A stretch of 64,000 nt of DNA from an uncultured Rickettsiales bacterium. Lineage in GTDB: Bacteria > Myxococcota_A > UBA796 > UBA9615 > CAYRNR01. Under the pieces are notes generated by a model, which saw only the letters and a list, made by a program, of their open reading frames with translations, did no database searches and was not told the origin of the DNA. Shown here one piece after another: positions 54,676 through 63,618 of this stretch. The DNA is taken from contig CAZDDH010000006.1 of assembly GCA_964504165.1 (NCBI GenBank), positions 4,235 to 68,234 on the forward strand, read 5' to 3'. Position numbers and translations under genes: made by a program. Each line of letters begins with the position of its first letter. Position 1 is the stretch's first letter.

Positions 54676-56273
54676 TCCACATCGGCCGACCATTATTTGC
54701 AACACTCCGTCCCCGGTTTTATTGTTTTTTCTTGCTTTGCATCGCGGCAGCGGTGGTCAGCAATCCGCTGGATGCGCTAGCTCGAGTAGGCGGAGGGGAT
54801 AGTTTCGGCGGCGGCGGTGGTGGTGGATTCGACGGCGGTGGCGGTGATGACGCCGTGATCATTTATATCCTCTTTCAGATCGCCCGGCTGTTGATCATCT
54901 TGACCATCGAACATCCTGCCATCGGCATTCCCCTGGACATCATCTTCGTGATCGTCGTGGCCCTCTACATCCGCCGCCGCATGAAGAGCAAGCGGCCGGG
55001 AATCCGTGGTTCCACGACCAGGCCCCCGGCCCGGCGCCAGCCGGCCCGCAACGACGCCATCAGGCGTGCGTCGGCGATCCAGGCCGCCCTGGCTCAGCTG
55101 CGTAGCGAAGATCCCAACTTCTCCCGGCCCCTGTTCCTTGATTTCGTGCAACTCCTGTATACGCGTGCACAAGAACACCGTGGTTCCGGCAAACTCGATC
55201 ACCTCGCTCCGTATATCCGCAACAAGGTCCGCCAGGAGCTGGCCGCGCTGCCGGGCATCGAGCGGGGCTCGTCCGCTCTGGCTGGCGTGGACCGTATCGT
55301 CGTCGGCGCGTCGCGCATCATCGACGTGGGGGGGAAGGGGCAGTCCTTCCGGCGCGTCGGCGTGGAATTCGAGACCAACTACAGGGAGCGCTGGGGGGAC
55401 GGGAAGACGTCGGGTGAGCAGACCCTGTATTGCCAGGAACGCTGGATCTTCCGCCGGGACCACGGGGTTCTGTCCAAGGGGCCGGAGGCGATCACGAGCT
55501 TCCGCTGCCCGAGCTGCGGCGCCGCAGCCGAGCTGTCCCCCGATGGCACCTGTCCATACTGCAAGAACGTGGTGGACCGGGGAGCCTTCCACTGGGTCGT
55601 CGAAGCGGTCCAGGTGATACAACGAAGGCCCCGGGGTCGCTCGGAGATGCATCTGGGGGGTGGAGAAGAGGTCGGTACGGATCTGGCTTCGGTGATGCAA
55701 CCCGAGATCGGTGCCACGCTGCGAGCCCTCCAGGCGCGGGATCCATCCTTCTCCATCGATTCGTTCAGCGAACACGTCCGCGTCGTGTTTTTGGCCTTGC
55801 AGAAGGCCTGGACCGAGATGAACTGGGAAAACGCGCGGGCTTACGAGACCGACCACCTGTTCAGCACCCATCGGTTCTGGATGGATCAGTACAAGGCGGA
55901 AGGATTGCGCAATGTGCTCGACCGCATCGAGATCCAGAAGGTCCAGGTGGTCAAGGTGGAGCAAGACGCTTACTTCGAAGCGGTGACAGCCCGGATCCAT
56001 GCCTCCATGCTCGATTTCGTGCAGGACCCGTCAGGCAAGGTGGTCTCCGGTTCGGCGCGTAAACCACGGGTGTTTTCCGAGTACTGGACCTTCATCCGTC
56101 GCAGCGGCGCCACGGTGGCCGAGGACACCGCCAGCGACCAGTGCCCGAGCTGCGGTGCCGAACTCTCCGTCAGCCAGGCGGGGGTGTGCGAATACTGCGG
56201 CACCAAGGTGGTCACCGGCGAGTTCGGCTGGGTCCTCTCCTCCATCGAACAGGACGAGGTGTACGGCGGCTGA
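54672..56273 (+). CDS. Membrane protein with Gly-rich periplasmic segment and two tandem Tim44-like + Cys4 zinc-ribbon modules
   Basis: Signal/TM (LFATLRPRFYCFFLLCIAAAVVS), then GGGDSFGGGGGGGFDGGGGDD, then a TM. Two repeats each end in CPSCG...C.YC (RCPSCGAAAELSPDGTCPYC and QCPSCGAELSVSQAGVCEYC) after Tim44-like segments. Confidence 0.68.
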   Translation: MIHIGRPLFATLRPRFYCFFLLCIAAAVVSNPLDALARVGGGDSFGGGGGGGFDGGGGDDAVIIYILFQIARLLIILTIEHPAIGIPLDIIFVIVVALYIRRRMKSKRPGIRGSTTRPPARRQPARNDAIRRASAIQAALAQLRSEDPNFSRPLFLDFVQLLYTRAQEHRGSGKLDHLAPYIRNKVRQELAALPGIERGSSALAGVDRIVVGASRIIDVGGKGQSFRRVGVEFETNYRERWGDGKTSGEQTLYCQERWIFRRDHGVLSKGPEAITSFRCPSCGAAAELSPDGTCPYCKNVVDRGAFHWVVEAVQVIQRRPRGRSEMHLGGGEEVGTDLASVMQPEIGATLRALQARDPSFSIDSFSEHVRVVFLALQKAWTEMNWENARAYETDHLFSTHRFWMDQYKAEGLRNVLDRIEIQKVQVVKVEQDAYFEAVTARIHASMLDFVQDPSGKVVSGSARKPRVFSEYWTFIRRSGATVAEDTASDQCPSCGAELSVSQAGVCEYCGTKVVTGEFGWVLSSIEQDEVYGG

Positions 56274-56365
56274 AACACGACGGACGTGTGAACGCTTTAC
56301 AGCAAACCGCCGATGTCCGATGATCCTCTGCCGGCGTCAGCAAGGCGTCGTATCAGGAGGAAACC

Positions 56366-57121
56366 ATGGCGGAGTTGTCAGAGAGTCTCAAAGGTAAGGT
56401 CGCGCTGGTCACCGGCGGCATGAAGGGGATCGGGCTGGCCATCTCCACGGATCTAGCGGCCCATGGCGCGGACGTGGCGGCCTGTGGCCGCGGCATGGAC
56501 GCGGCGGAGGAGTTCACCCGGCTCATCGAAGAGAAGGGCCAACGGGCGTTGCCGCTGCAGGCCGATGTATCGGATCACGCGCGAGCCATCGAGGTCGCGG
56601 AGACGATCCGCAAGGAGCTGGGAGGCTTGGACATCCTGGTGCTCAATGCAGGGCTCAATCGCGACGGCGTGATCTGGAAGATGGGTGAAGATTCCTGGGA
56701 CGCGGTCCTGGGCGCCGATCTCAAGGGCAACTTCAACTACACCCGCGCTGTGTCCCCCGGATTCCGGGAGCAGGGCGGCGGCCGCATCATCATCATCTCT
56801 TCCATCAACGGCCTGCGGGGCAAGTTTGGTCAGTCCAACTACTCCGCCGCCAAGGCCGGCGGGATCGGTTTTGCCAAGGCCGTGGCCAAGGAACTGGGCC
56901 GCAAGAACGTGACGGTCAATGTGGTGGCGCCCGGCATGATCCGCACGGCGATGGCTGCCAACATCCCCGAGAAGTTCATCAAGATCGCGGAAGACGAGAC
57001 GGCCGTCGGTCGCATCGGTGACCCCGAGGACATCGCCGGGATCGTCACCTTCCTGGCGTCCGATCGCGCCCGTCACATCACCGGTGAGGTGATCAAGGTA
57101 GACGGCGGTCAGTACATCTGA
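56366..57121 (+). CDS. SDR-family oxidoreductase (3-oxoacyl-ACP reductase FabG-like)
   Basis: TGGxxGIG cofactor motif (VTGGMKGIGLAI), NAG, catalytic S...YxxxK (SSINGLRGKFGQSNYSAAK), PG-I-T. Confidence 0.88.
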   Translation: MAELSESLKGKVALVTGGMKGIGLAISTDLAAHGADVAACGRGMDAAEEFTRLIEEKGQRALPLQADVSDHARAIEVAETIRKELGGLDILVLNAGLNRDGVIWKMGEDSWDAVLGADLKGNFNYTRAVSPGFREQGGGRIIIISSINGLRGKFGQSNYSAAKAGGIGFAKAVAKELGRKNVTVNVVAPGMIRTAMAANIPEKFIKIAEDETAVGRIGDPEDIAGIVTFLASDRARHITGEVIKVDGGQYI

Positions 57122-57154
57122 CGCACGGAAGACAGGGTTCGGACGGGGTGGGGC

Positions 57155-57607
57155 TCAGGAGCCGAACCAGTTGAGATCCCGGTCCAGATCCTCGCGGTAA
57201 GTCTCCGCATCGTCGCCGAATTCTCGCTCCACGTTCCGGCCCTGCGGGTCGATGACGAACGTGCTGCGCTTGCCGAACAGCTTGTTGAAGCTGACCATGT
57301 ATTCCTTGCCCGCTTCGTCCCGCATCAGGATCTGGGCCAGATCGTCCTCGTCCGTTTCGGAGAACGGTTCCTTGCAGTCCGGGCAGGCGAACTGGATTTT
57401 CGTGCCCTCACCCAGCTCCACGGAGGTGGCCGTCAGACGGCCGTAGACACCCAACCCCGAGGGGAGGAAGACATCCGTGGACACCGAAAAGGTGGGCGCA
57501 TCCAGGCGGCCACGCATCTTGATGATGGGTCCATTCCCCGGGTTGAGTTCGATCTTGCAATGGGGGCACATGAAGGTGTTGTAGTGGTGCCCATTCATGC
57601 CGCTCAT
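57155..57607 (-). CDS. Hypothetical protein (150 aa) with a split CxxC...CxxC zinc-ribbon
   Basis: MCPHCKIELNPG ... FACPDCKEPF; no recognised family. Confidence 0.55.
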   Translation of the reverse strand: MSGMNGHHYNTFMCPHCKIELNPGNGPIIKMRGRLDAPTFSVSTDVFLPSGLGVYGRLTATSVELGEGTKIQFACPDCKEPFSETDEDDLAQILMRDEAGKEYMVSFNKLFGKRSTFVIDPQGRNVEREFGDDAETYREDLDRDLNWFGS

Positions 57608-57684
57608 ACCGCTATCTCCTTTTTGTATGAACCATTCATGATGATCCGTGATCCTGCCCTGAGCAAGGGAGATTTCATCGCCTC

Positions 57685-58758
57685 TTATGGGACGACTATC
57701 TCCACCAGCAAGGGCAGATGGTCTGAAATATCCGGAGAATCCGTCAGCACTCGGGCCTGCTGGACCTCCACTTCTTCCGAGACAAACAGGTAGTCCAAGG
57801 TACGGTCGGGACCGTCCGAACCGTAGGGTTGATACGTCCCGACCGACTCCTCCTCGAGCAGGGCAGTCGGAGAAAACGCCGAGCGCCGCCCTGCGGCGAA
57901 CAGGATCTCGATGGGGTTGTTGTGGTCCGAGTAGTACCCTGCGTCGTCGCCCAGACGGCCCGGATCATCACCGGGGGGGAGCAGGTTGAAATCGCCGCCG
58001 AGGATCCAGGGCGACCCCGCCTCGTCCAGCTCCTCGAGCCGCCGTTCGATCTGCTGGACCTGTGCTTCCAGGGTCCCGTCCCCATAGCTGAACGCGCTCA
58101 GATGGGTGTTGAGCACGACAAAGGGCGGGCCGGAACTCCGCGTGAAGGTGGTTTCGAGGATGGCCCGCTTGAGGTTGAAGGCGCGGCGGTAGAACGGCTC
58201 GTCCAGCAACGCGAGCTGATGGCGGACGGCGGACGACATACCCCGCTGAGCCAGGGTGACGAGCTCCATGTCCACGCGACCCAGGTGTTTCCCTGGGGGA
58301 TGGGGCACATAGCCGGCCTTGTGGTACGGCGCGGCTGCCCAGCCTGCATGGGGTTGGGCAGCCAGCAGGCGATCCAGCTGATCCAGCCTCCCCGTCCGGT
58401 CCGAGTTCCGGTCGATCTCCTGCAGCAGCGAGATATGGGGCTGGTGCTGCCCGATGACGTCGCCAATGGCCCCCAGCGCCTCGTGCACATCCTCGGCCGG
58501 GACGTGCACGGTGTCGCCGCCATCGTAGAAGAAGTGGTGCTTACGCGTGCCGCAAAACTGGACGTTCCACACGAGTACCTTGAGGGAGGTCCCCGGGGCC
58601 AGGACGGACGCCTCACCGCTGCCCTCCACGGCGATCTCCTGCCGATCGGCTGGGTGATAGGTCTGCCCGCGGAACAGGCCCGCCACGGTCGCGCAGGCGA
58701 CCAGCACGCCACCCGCACACCCGGCGGCCAGCTTGAACAGGCGGTTGCTGCGTCTCAT
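57685..58758 (-). CDS. Endonuclease/exonuclease/phosphatase (EEP)-family secreted or membrane-anchored protein
   Basis: N-terminal hydrophobic anchor. EEP motifs (VLVWNVQF, LLQEID, VLNTHLS, GGDFN, SDHLPL). Start overlaps the upstream GntR stop. Confidence 0.8.
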   Translation of the reverse strand: MRRSNRLFKLAAGCAGGVLVACATVAGLFRGQTYHPADRQEIAVEGSGEASVLAPGTSLKVLVWNVQFCGTRKHHFFYDGGDTVHVPAEDVHEALGAIGDVIGQHQPHISLLQEIDRNSDRTGRLDQLDRLLAAQPHAGWAAAPYHKAGYVPHPPGKHLGRVDMELVTLAQRGMSSAVRHQLALLDEPFYRRAFNLKRAILETTFTRSSGPPFVVLNTHLSAFSYGDGTLEAQVQQIERRLEELDEAGSPWILGGDFNLLPPGDDPGRLGDDAGYYSDHNNPIEILFAAGRRSAFSPTALLEEESVGTYQPYGSDGPDRTLDYLFVSEEVEVQQARVLTDSPDISDHLPLLVEIVVP

Positions 58759-59555
58759 GGCTCCGTCTGCTTCTTGCGTGAGCGCCGGCGGAACAGGCCC
58801 TTGGTCTCGTTGGGCGACTCCTCGTCGGGGTCCGCGGATTCGGGCGCCCGGTGGTGTGCCAGCACACGCTCCATCCCCTCTTCGAGGAAGAGGCGCGCGA
58901 GCCCGGCTGCCGCATCGGCGTCCTGGCCCCGCACCGCTTCGATGATCCGGCGGTGGTTTTCGACGATGGCCTCGGGGGCATCGACCAGGGGCTCGAAGTA
59001 GGAACTGTTCCCCAGGTACAGGCTCCGGATCGAGTTGAACAGGAACACGAAGACCAGGTTGTGAGAAGCGGTGGAGATGGTGTGGAAGAAATCGAATTCG
59101 AGCTCGCGGAAGCCGTCTTCACCCTGGGATGCATGCTCCAGCTGGAGCAGCGCTTCGTCCAGGTTGAGGAGATCATCCTCGCTGCGCCGTCGGGCCGCCA
59201 GCCGGGTCGCCTCGACGCCGATGACCACACGCGCCTCGAGGACGTTTTCGAGCAAGCCCACGTTGATGCGGTTCTTGCGCCCGGCCAGGTCGTTGAGCAG
59301 CTCGATGCTGCCGTGGCGCATGTAATCCAGCACCGTGGCCCGGTCGCCGTGTCGGATGAAGATCAGCTTGAGGCCCTCCAGCTTCTTGAGGGCCTCCCGC
59401 AACGTCGTGCGGGTGACCTCGAACTGCGCCGCCAGATCTCGCTCTGAGGGAAGCCGCTGCCCCGGTCGAAGGAGTCCCCCCAGGATCGAGCTACGGATTT
59501 GCTCGGCGACCTGTTCGGAAGCCTTCTTGCGGTCGATGGGTTTGAACCTGGCCAT
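58755..59555 (-). CDS. GntR-family transcriptional regulator (FadR/FCD subtype)
   Basis: wHTH GLLRPGQRLPSERDLAAQFEVTRTTLREALKKLE followed by an FCD ligand domain. Confidence 0.85.
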   Translation of the reverse strand: MARFKPIDRKKASEQVAEQIRSSILGGLLRPGQRLPSERDLAAQFEVTRTTLREALKKLEGLKLIFIRHGDRATVLDYMRHGSIELLNDLAGRKNRINVGLLENVLEARVVIGVEATRLAARRRSEDDLLNLDEALLQLEHASQGEDGFRELEFDFFHTISTASHNLVFVFLFNSIRSLYLGNSSYFEPLVDAPEAIVENHRRIIEAVRGQDADAAAGLARLFLEEGMERVLAHHRAPESADPDEESPNETKGLFRRRSRKKQTEP

Positions 59556-59705
59556 GAAACGTCCCGTGGTGCGATGGTCCTACCAATTTGAGCATTGTAG
59601 GGCAGGGTTGCCCCACTCGCAACCGGCGAAATAGGCGGAAATGCTACTCAAATCGAGTATTCTGTAAAGGGCGGTCTGCGGGAAACGAACGTACCAGGAG
59701 GACCC

Positions 59706-60659
59706 ATGATGCGATTCTTCGTCCCGTTGCTCGCGATCATTACCTTGGCCGGCTGTTTCGAGCCGGAACCGCCACTGGATCTCAGGGCCGATAGCATCAT
59801 CGGGGGGGAGGCGACGAGCGAGTGGGATGGCGTCGGCGCCTATATGGTCGTGGGGAGCGGTTGGTCCACGATTTGCACCGGGACGTTGGTTGCACCCCGG
59901 GTGGTGCTCACGGCTGCGCACTGTGCTCTGGTCGGGGGGGACGCTCACACGTTCTTCGTGGGAGGGTCGGTTTACGACAATGGGGACTACTACGACGTCG
60001 ATGAGGTCGTCGTGCACCCGGATTATTCCGACTCGACGATGCAACACGATCTGGCCGTGCTGCTCATGGACGAGGACGTGGATGCGGACATCTACCCGCT
60101 CCGCACCGAGCCCATCGGCAGCGGTTGGGTCGGTACGATGATGCACGTCGTCGGCTACGGCAACATCCACAGCTACAACGGCACCGATACGGGCGTGAAA
60201 TACGAGACGGACGTGCAGCTGGTGCAGGTGGACGGGGATCTTCTGTACCACGAGACCCCCGGCCACAACACCTGTAGCGGTGACTCGGGGGGGCCGGTAT
60301 TCGTGGAGGTGGATGACGAGTGGGTCCTCATCGCCGTGACCTCCTTCGTCTATGCCACCGAGTCCGGCCAGGACGCCTGCGCGGGTGGGGGCGGGGAGAA
60401 CCGTGTCGATACCCACATGGACTGGTTAGACGAGGTGATGGCCGAGGACTACGAGCCCGACCCGTCGGACGACGACGACGACGACAACGGCGGGGCCGGT
60501 GGTGGCGATGATGACGACGACGGGGCTGGCGGCAGCTATCTGGACGATGGGGGGGGCGGGTGCAAGGCGGCCACGGCCGGAACGGACTCGGCGGGACCCC
60601 TGGCCGTGGCGCTCATGTTCCTGGCAGCTTGGCTTCGACGACCTTGGGGTCGCGGTTGA
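59706..60659 (+). CDS. Trypsin-like (S1) serine protease lipoprotein with a MYXO-CTERM-like C-terminal sorting signal
   Basis: Lipobox LAGCF. Catalytic His (TAAHC), Asp (HDLAVL) and Ser (GDSGGP). Asp/Gly-rich spacer, then ...GGGCKAATAGTDSAGPLAVALMFLAAWLRRPWGRG (Cys – TM – Arg cluster). Confidence 0.8.
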   Translation: MMRFFVPLLAIITLAGCFEPEPPLDLRADSIIGGEATSEWDGVGAYMVVGSGWSTICTGTLVAPRVVLTAAHCALVGGDAHTFFVGGSVYDNGDYYDVDEVVVHPDYSDSTMQHDLAVLLMDEDVDADIYPLRTEPIGSGWVGTMMHVVGYGNIHSYNGTDTGVKYETDVQLVQVDGDLLYHETPGHNTCSGDSGGPVFVEVDDEWVLIAVTSFVYATESGQDACAGGGGENRVDTHMDWLDEVMAEDYEPDPSDDDDDDNGGAGGGDDDDDGAGGSYLDDGGGGCKAATAGTDSAGPLAVALMFLAAWLRRPWGRG

Positions 60660-62130
60660 ACAGTTCCCGGTAGCGATCCACGAAGACATCCTTGCCACCG
60701 ATCAGCTGTAGCGCGAGCGGCATCACGTCGTGGGCCTGGCGGACCATCTCGGCCGAGATGTTGCGGATGTCCCACTGGGCGTGCTTGTCCTCGCGCAGCC
60801 GGGAGACGTGGTACAGCTCGCGGGCGTTGAGGGTGACGAGCACACGGCGCCGGTGAGCGTTGAGCAGAGCGTAGGCGCTAGCCGCCGGATGGCCGATGCG
60901 GGCGGCGAACTCCTCCGACTCGCTGGCGATCTCCAGCAGCTTTTGCTCCAGCCCCACGGCGCGTACGGCCTCGGGCACCGTCACTCCCAGCGTTGGGTCG
61001 TAGGGTTGGGCCGTGAGGGTCATCATGCGGTGCCGCTTGAGCTGGCCGAAGCAGGCAGACGAGAGGGTGATCTCGAAGGTGCAGCCGATGTGCTCGAACT
61101 CACGCAACACCGAATCGAAGAGCTCCATGTGTTGCATGGAGGTGGTCACCAGCTTGCGGCAGGCGTCCAGGCTCATGGCGGTGGCGCGGCGGTAGCAGTC
61201 GCCGTAGTCCTGCCCGCTCACCGCATGTAGCAGGGCACTCACCAGCCTTCGGTCGGCGTGGTCGGTGGCCCCCACCAGGCGCACGGACCCCGAGGTGGAC
61301 GAGCACGGCGGGCAGGAGCGCTCGGGGGCCTCGTCGTTCTCCGCCTCCCCACACCCCACCGCGAATTCGGCCAGATCGCCGTAGGTCTTGGAATCGTGGT
61401 CACAGGCATCGACGAACAGGATCAGGGACGGCGCTACCTTTTCCACCGCGGCGTACATCGCCCGCCCCAGCTGCCGCACCTCGGCCAGTTCGTGGGCCTC
61501 GAAGCGGCGCACCAGAAGCTCCAGGTTCCGGGCGTTGAGGGTCATGCCCAGCTGGCCTTCGGTGGCCAGCGCCGTGACGTAGCGGGCGTCTTCCTTGGCT
61601 TCGCCGCGCAGCAGGCCCATCCCTTGCTTGGTTTCTGCCTGATCGGGGCGTTCTTCTACCAGCCGGCCCAGGATGGCGGCGTTGATCTCGTCGTACAGCT
61701 CATTTTGCCGGCCGACCAGTGCCTGGAATTCTGCGACCAGTCCGGCTTCACCGATCTCGTCCGGGGTGACGAAATCACCGTCCAGGGTGATGTAGCGTTG
61801 AGACTTCTCGGTGAACGAGCACAGCCGCATGCGCTCCACCGCCTCGATAGCCAGCCGGGAGACGCCGATCAGGTCGAAGTTGAACACGGCATGTTCGGCC
61901 ACCGAGTGGTGCCCCATGCCGAAGATGATCTGCCGGTTCGAGCGGCGGGCGTTGGCCACCTTCTCCCGGGCGACGGCGCGCAACTCGTCCACCGGCTTGC
62001 GGTAGCGGCTGATCCGAGCGTAGGCGGCGGAGAGCGTCTCCGGGGTGAGCAGGTTTCGGTCCACGCCGAGTTCCTCGGCCTGTTCCAGCACGGAGGTGTC
62101 GACGTTGTATCCGGCGAGCAGGACGCGCAT
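60613..62130 (-). CDS. thyX: Flavin-dependent thymidylate synthase ThyX, fused tandem-domain form (505 aa)
   Basis: The C-terminal half carries the ThyX RHRx7 motif (LKRHRMMTLTAQ). The N-terminal half is ThyX-like with a degenerate motif (GHHSVAEHAVF...RMRLCSFTEKSQRY). The last 47 nt overlap the convergent protease gene. Confidence 0.82.
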   Translation of the reverse strand: MRVLLAGYNVDTSVLEQAEELGVDRNLLTPETLSAAYARISRYRKPVDELRAVAREKVANARRSNRQIIFGMGHHSVAEHAVFNFDLIGVSRLAIEAVERMRLCSFTEKSQRYITLDGDFVTPDEIGEAGLVAEFQALVGRQNELYDEINAAILGRLVEERPDQAETKQGMGLLRGEAKEDARYVTALATEGQLGMTLNARNLELLVRRFEAHELAEVRQLGRAMYAAVEKVAPSLILFVDACDHDSKTYGDLAEFAVGCGEAENDEAPERSCPPCSSTSGSVRLVGATDHADRRLVSALLHAVSGQDYGDCYRRATAMSLDACRKLVTTSMQHMELFDSVLREFEHIGCTFEITLSSACFGQLKRHRMMTLTAQPYDPTLGVTVPEAVRAVGLEQKLLEIASESEEFAARIGHPAASAYALLNAHRRRVLVTLNARELYHVSRLREDKHAQWDIRNISAEMVRQAHDVMPLALQLIGGKDVFVDRYRELFNRDPKVVEAKLPGT

Positions 62131-62186
62131 GGGTCACTCCCCTGAATGGTTACTGCAGGTCGATGAATGTACCGCCAACCGGGCCA

Positions 62187-63455
62187 CTATTGAAGCGCGA
62201 TCTCGTACTGGGTCGCGGATGGCGCGGTCACTGCCAGGAAGGCGGTGGCGCCGGCCTCCACCGTCACGCTGCCGCCGGAGCTCACGTCCTCGACGGACAG
62301 GTCAGTGGCGTAGGTGATGGCCAGGGTGGTCAACGGGCCACCGCCAAGGTCGCTGGGTGTCACGGTCCAGGTGCCCTCGGGCAACGAGAGGTAGTCGATA
62401 CCGTACGGCGACACGCTGCCGGCGAGCGTGCCCGCCCCCGGGAACGTGCCCGCGTCGGTGACCGCACCGAGGCTGAAGCTCTGCATCCCGTGCTCGCCAT
62501 CCACCGCGTCCATGTACACCGCGACGATCCAGTCCAGGAACAGGGCCCAGGTGTCCCCCTGCAACCCGGCGGTCGCCAGCGCCTGGTCCAGGCTCTCCCA
62601 GCCGTTGGCCGGTTCGGCGGTGATGGCCCGCATGAGGTCGACGCCCCCCCGTTCCCACAGGTAGGAGCCCCACAGCGTGAATGCGCCATAGTGGGCCACG
62701 TTGCCTTCCGGATCCCCCGGCCCCCAGTTGTAGTCGGGGTTGGCCAAGAAGGCGTTGACCCACCCCTCCTCCAGGTAGAAGCCGTTGATGGTGATCGCGG
62801 CCTGGGCCAGGCTCTCGTCGACCCATAGCTCCTCGTCCTCGTCGGAAAAACCGTGCAGCAGGTGGAAGGCCTCCCTGGCGGTCACGGCCAGAGCGTCGTC
62901 CCCGTCGATGGGCTCCATCATCACGCCGTCGAGGTGGACGCAGGCGTAGGCGCATCGTTCAGCTGTGGCCGGGCAGACGTAGGCGTCATCGATGCCCTCC
63001 GTGTCCAGCACGAAGATGTGCATCTTGCCCGACGGCATGCTATCGGTCTGCAACGGCCCGAAGACGGCCTCGACGTTTTGCAGGAGCCCCAACTCGGGAT
63101 CGTAGGCGTCCGGTTCCGAGTAAAGCTCGACGTGGTGCACGAAGCGGTTCACCAACTCCTGGTCGATGAAGGACTCCCACAGCTGGTCGGCCACGAAGAC
63201 CATCACCCGCTCCCCTTCGGCGCGGCAGGTGGTGGCGACATCCACGTAGCCGGCCGAGTCGTGGTCGAACATGGATGTCGTTTCCGCCGTCCCCCAGCAG
63301 GGGGAGTCCGAGTAGTCGGGCAGCCCCCCGCTGTCATCGTCATCGTCGTCAGCCGCCGCCGAATCGTCGTCCAGGGCGATATCGCCTTCGTCCTCCTCAC
63401 AGCCAGCGGGGAACAGCAGCAGCAAGATCAGGGCGAAGGGGACTCGTGGTCGCAT
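62187..63455 (-). CDS. Lipoprotein, hypothetical (422 aa), acidic N-terminal region
   Basis: Lipobox LLLLFPAGCEE, then a DDDSAAADDDDDDSGG stretch and a mixed α/β domain. Confidence 0.7.
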   Translation of the reverse strand: MRPRVPFALILLLLFPAGCEEDEGDIALDDDSAAADDDDDDSGGLPDYSDSPCWGTAETTSMFDHDSAGYVDVATTCRAEGERVMVFVADQLWESFIDQELVNRFVHHVELYSEPDAYDPELGLLQNVEAVFGPLQTDSMPSGKMHIFVLDTEGIDDAYVCPATAERCAYACVHLDGVMMEPIDGDDALAVTAREAFHLLHGFSDEDEELWVDESLAQAAITINGFYLEEGWVNAFLANPDYNWGPGDPEGNVAHYGAFTLWGSYLWERGGVDLMRAITAEPANGWESLDQALATAGLQGDTWALFLDWIVAVYMDAVDGEHGMQSFSLGAVTDAGTFPGAGTLAGSVSPYGIDYLSLPEGTWTVTPSDLGGGPLTTLAITYATDLSVEDVSSGGSVTVEAGATAFLAVTAPSATQYEIALQ

Positions 63456-63618
63456 GGTGGCCTCCCGGACGGGGTCGTGTGGTGACCATTATTACAGCGC
63501 TGGCGTGGCGATGGGTTCAATCATCTTCACCATTCCGGGCCGGGGCCGATTTCCGTCCATCAGGGCGCGCGAGTACCATGGGATCTTGGACACGGTGTCC
63601 GCGATCCTGGGAGAAACC

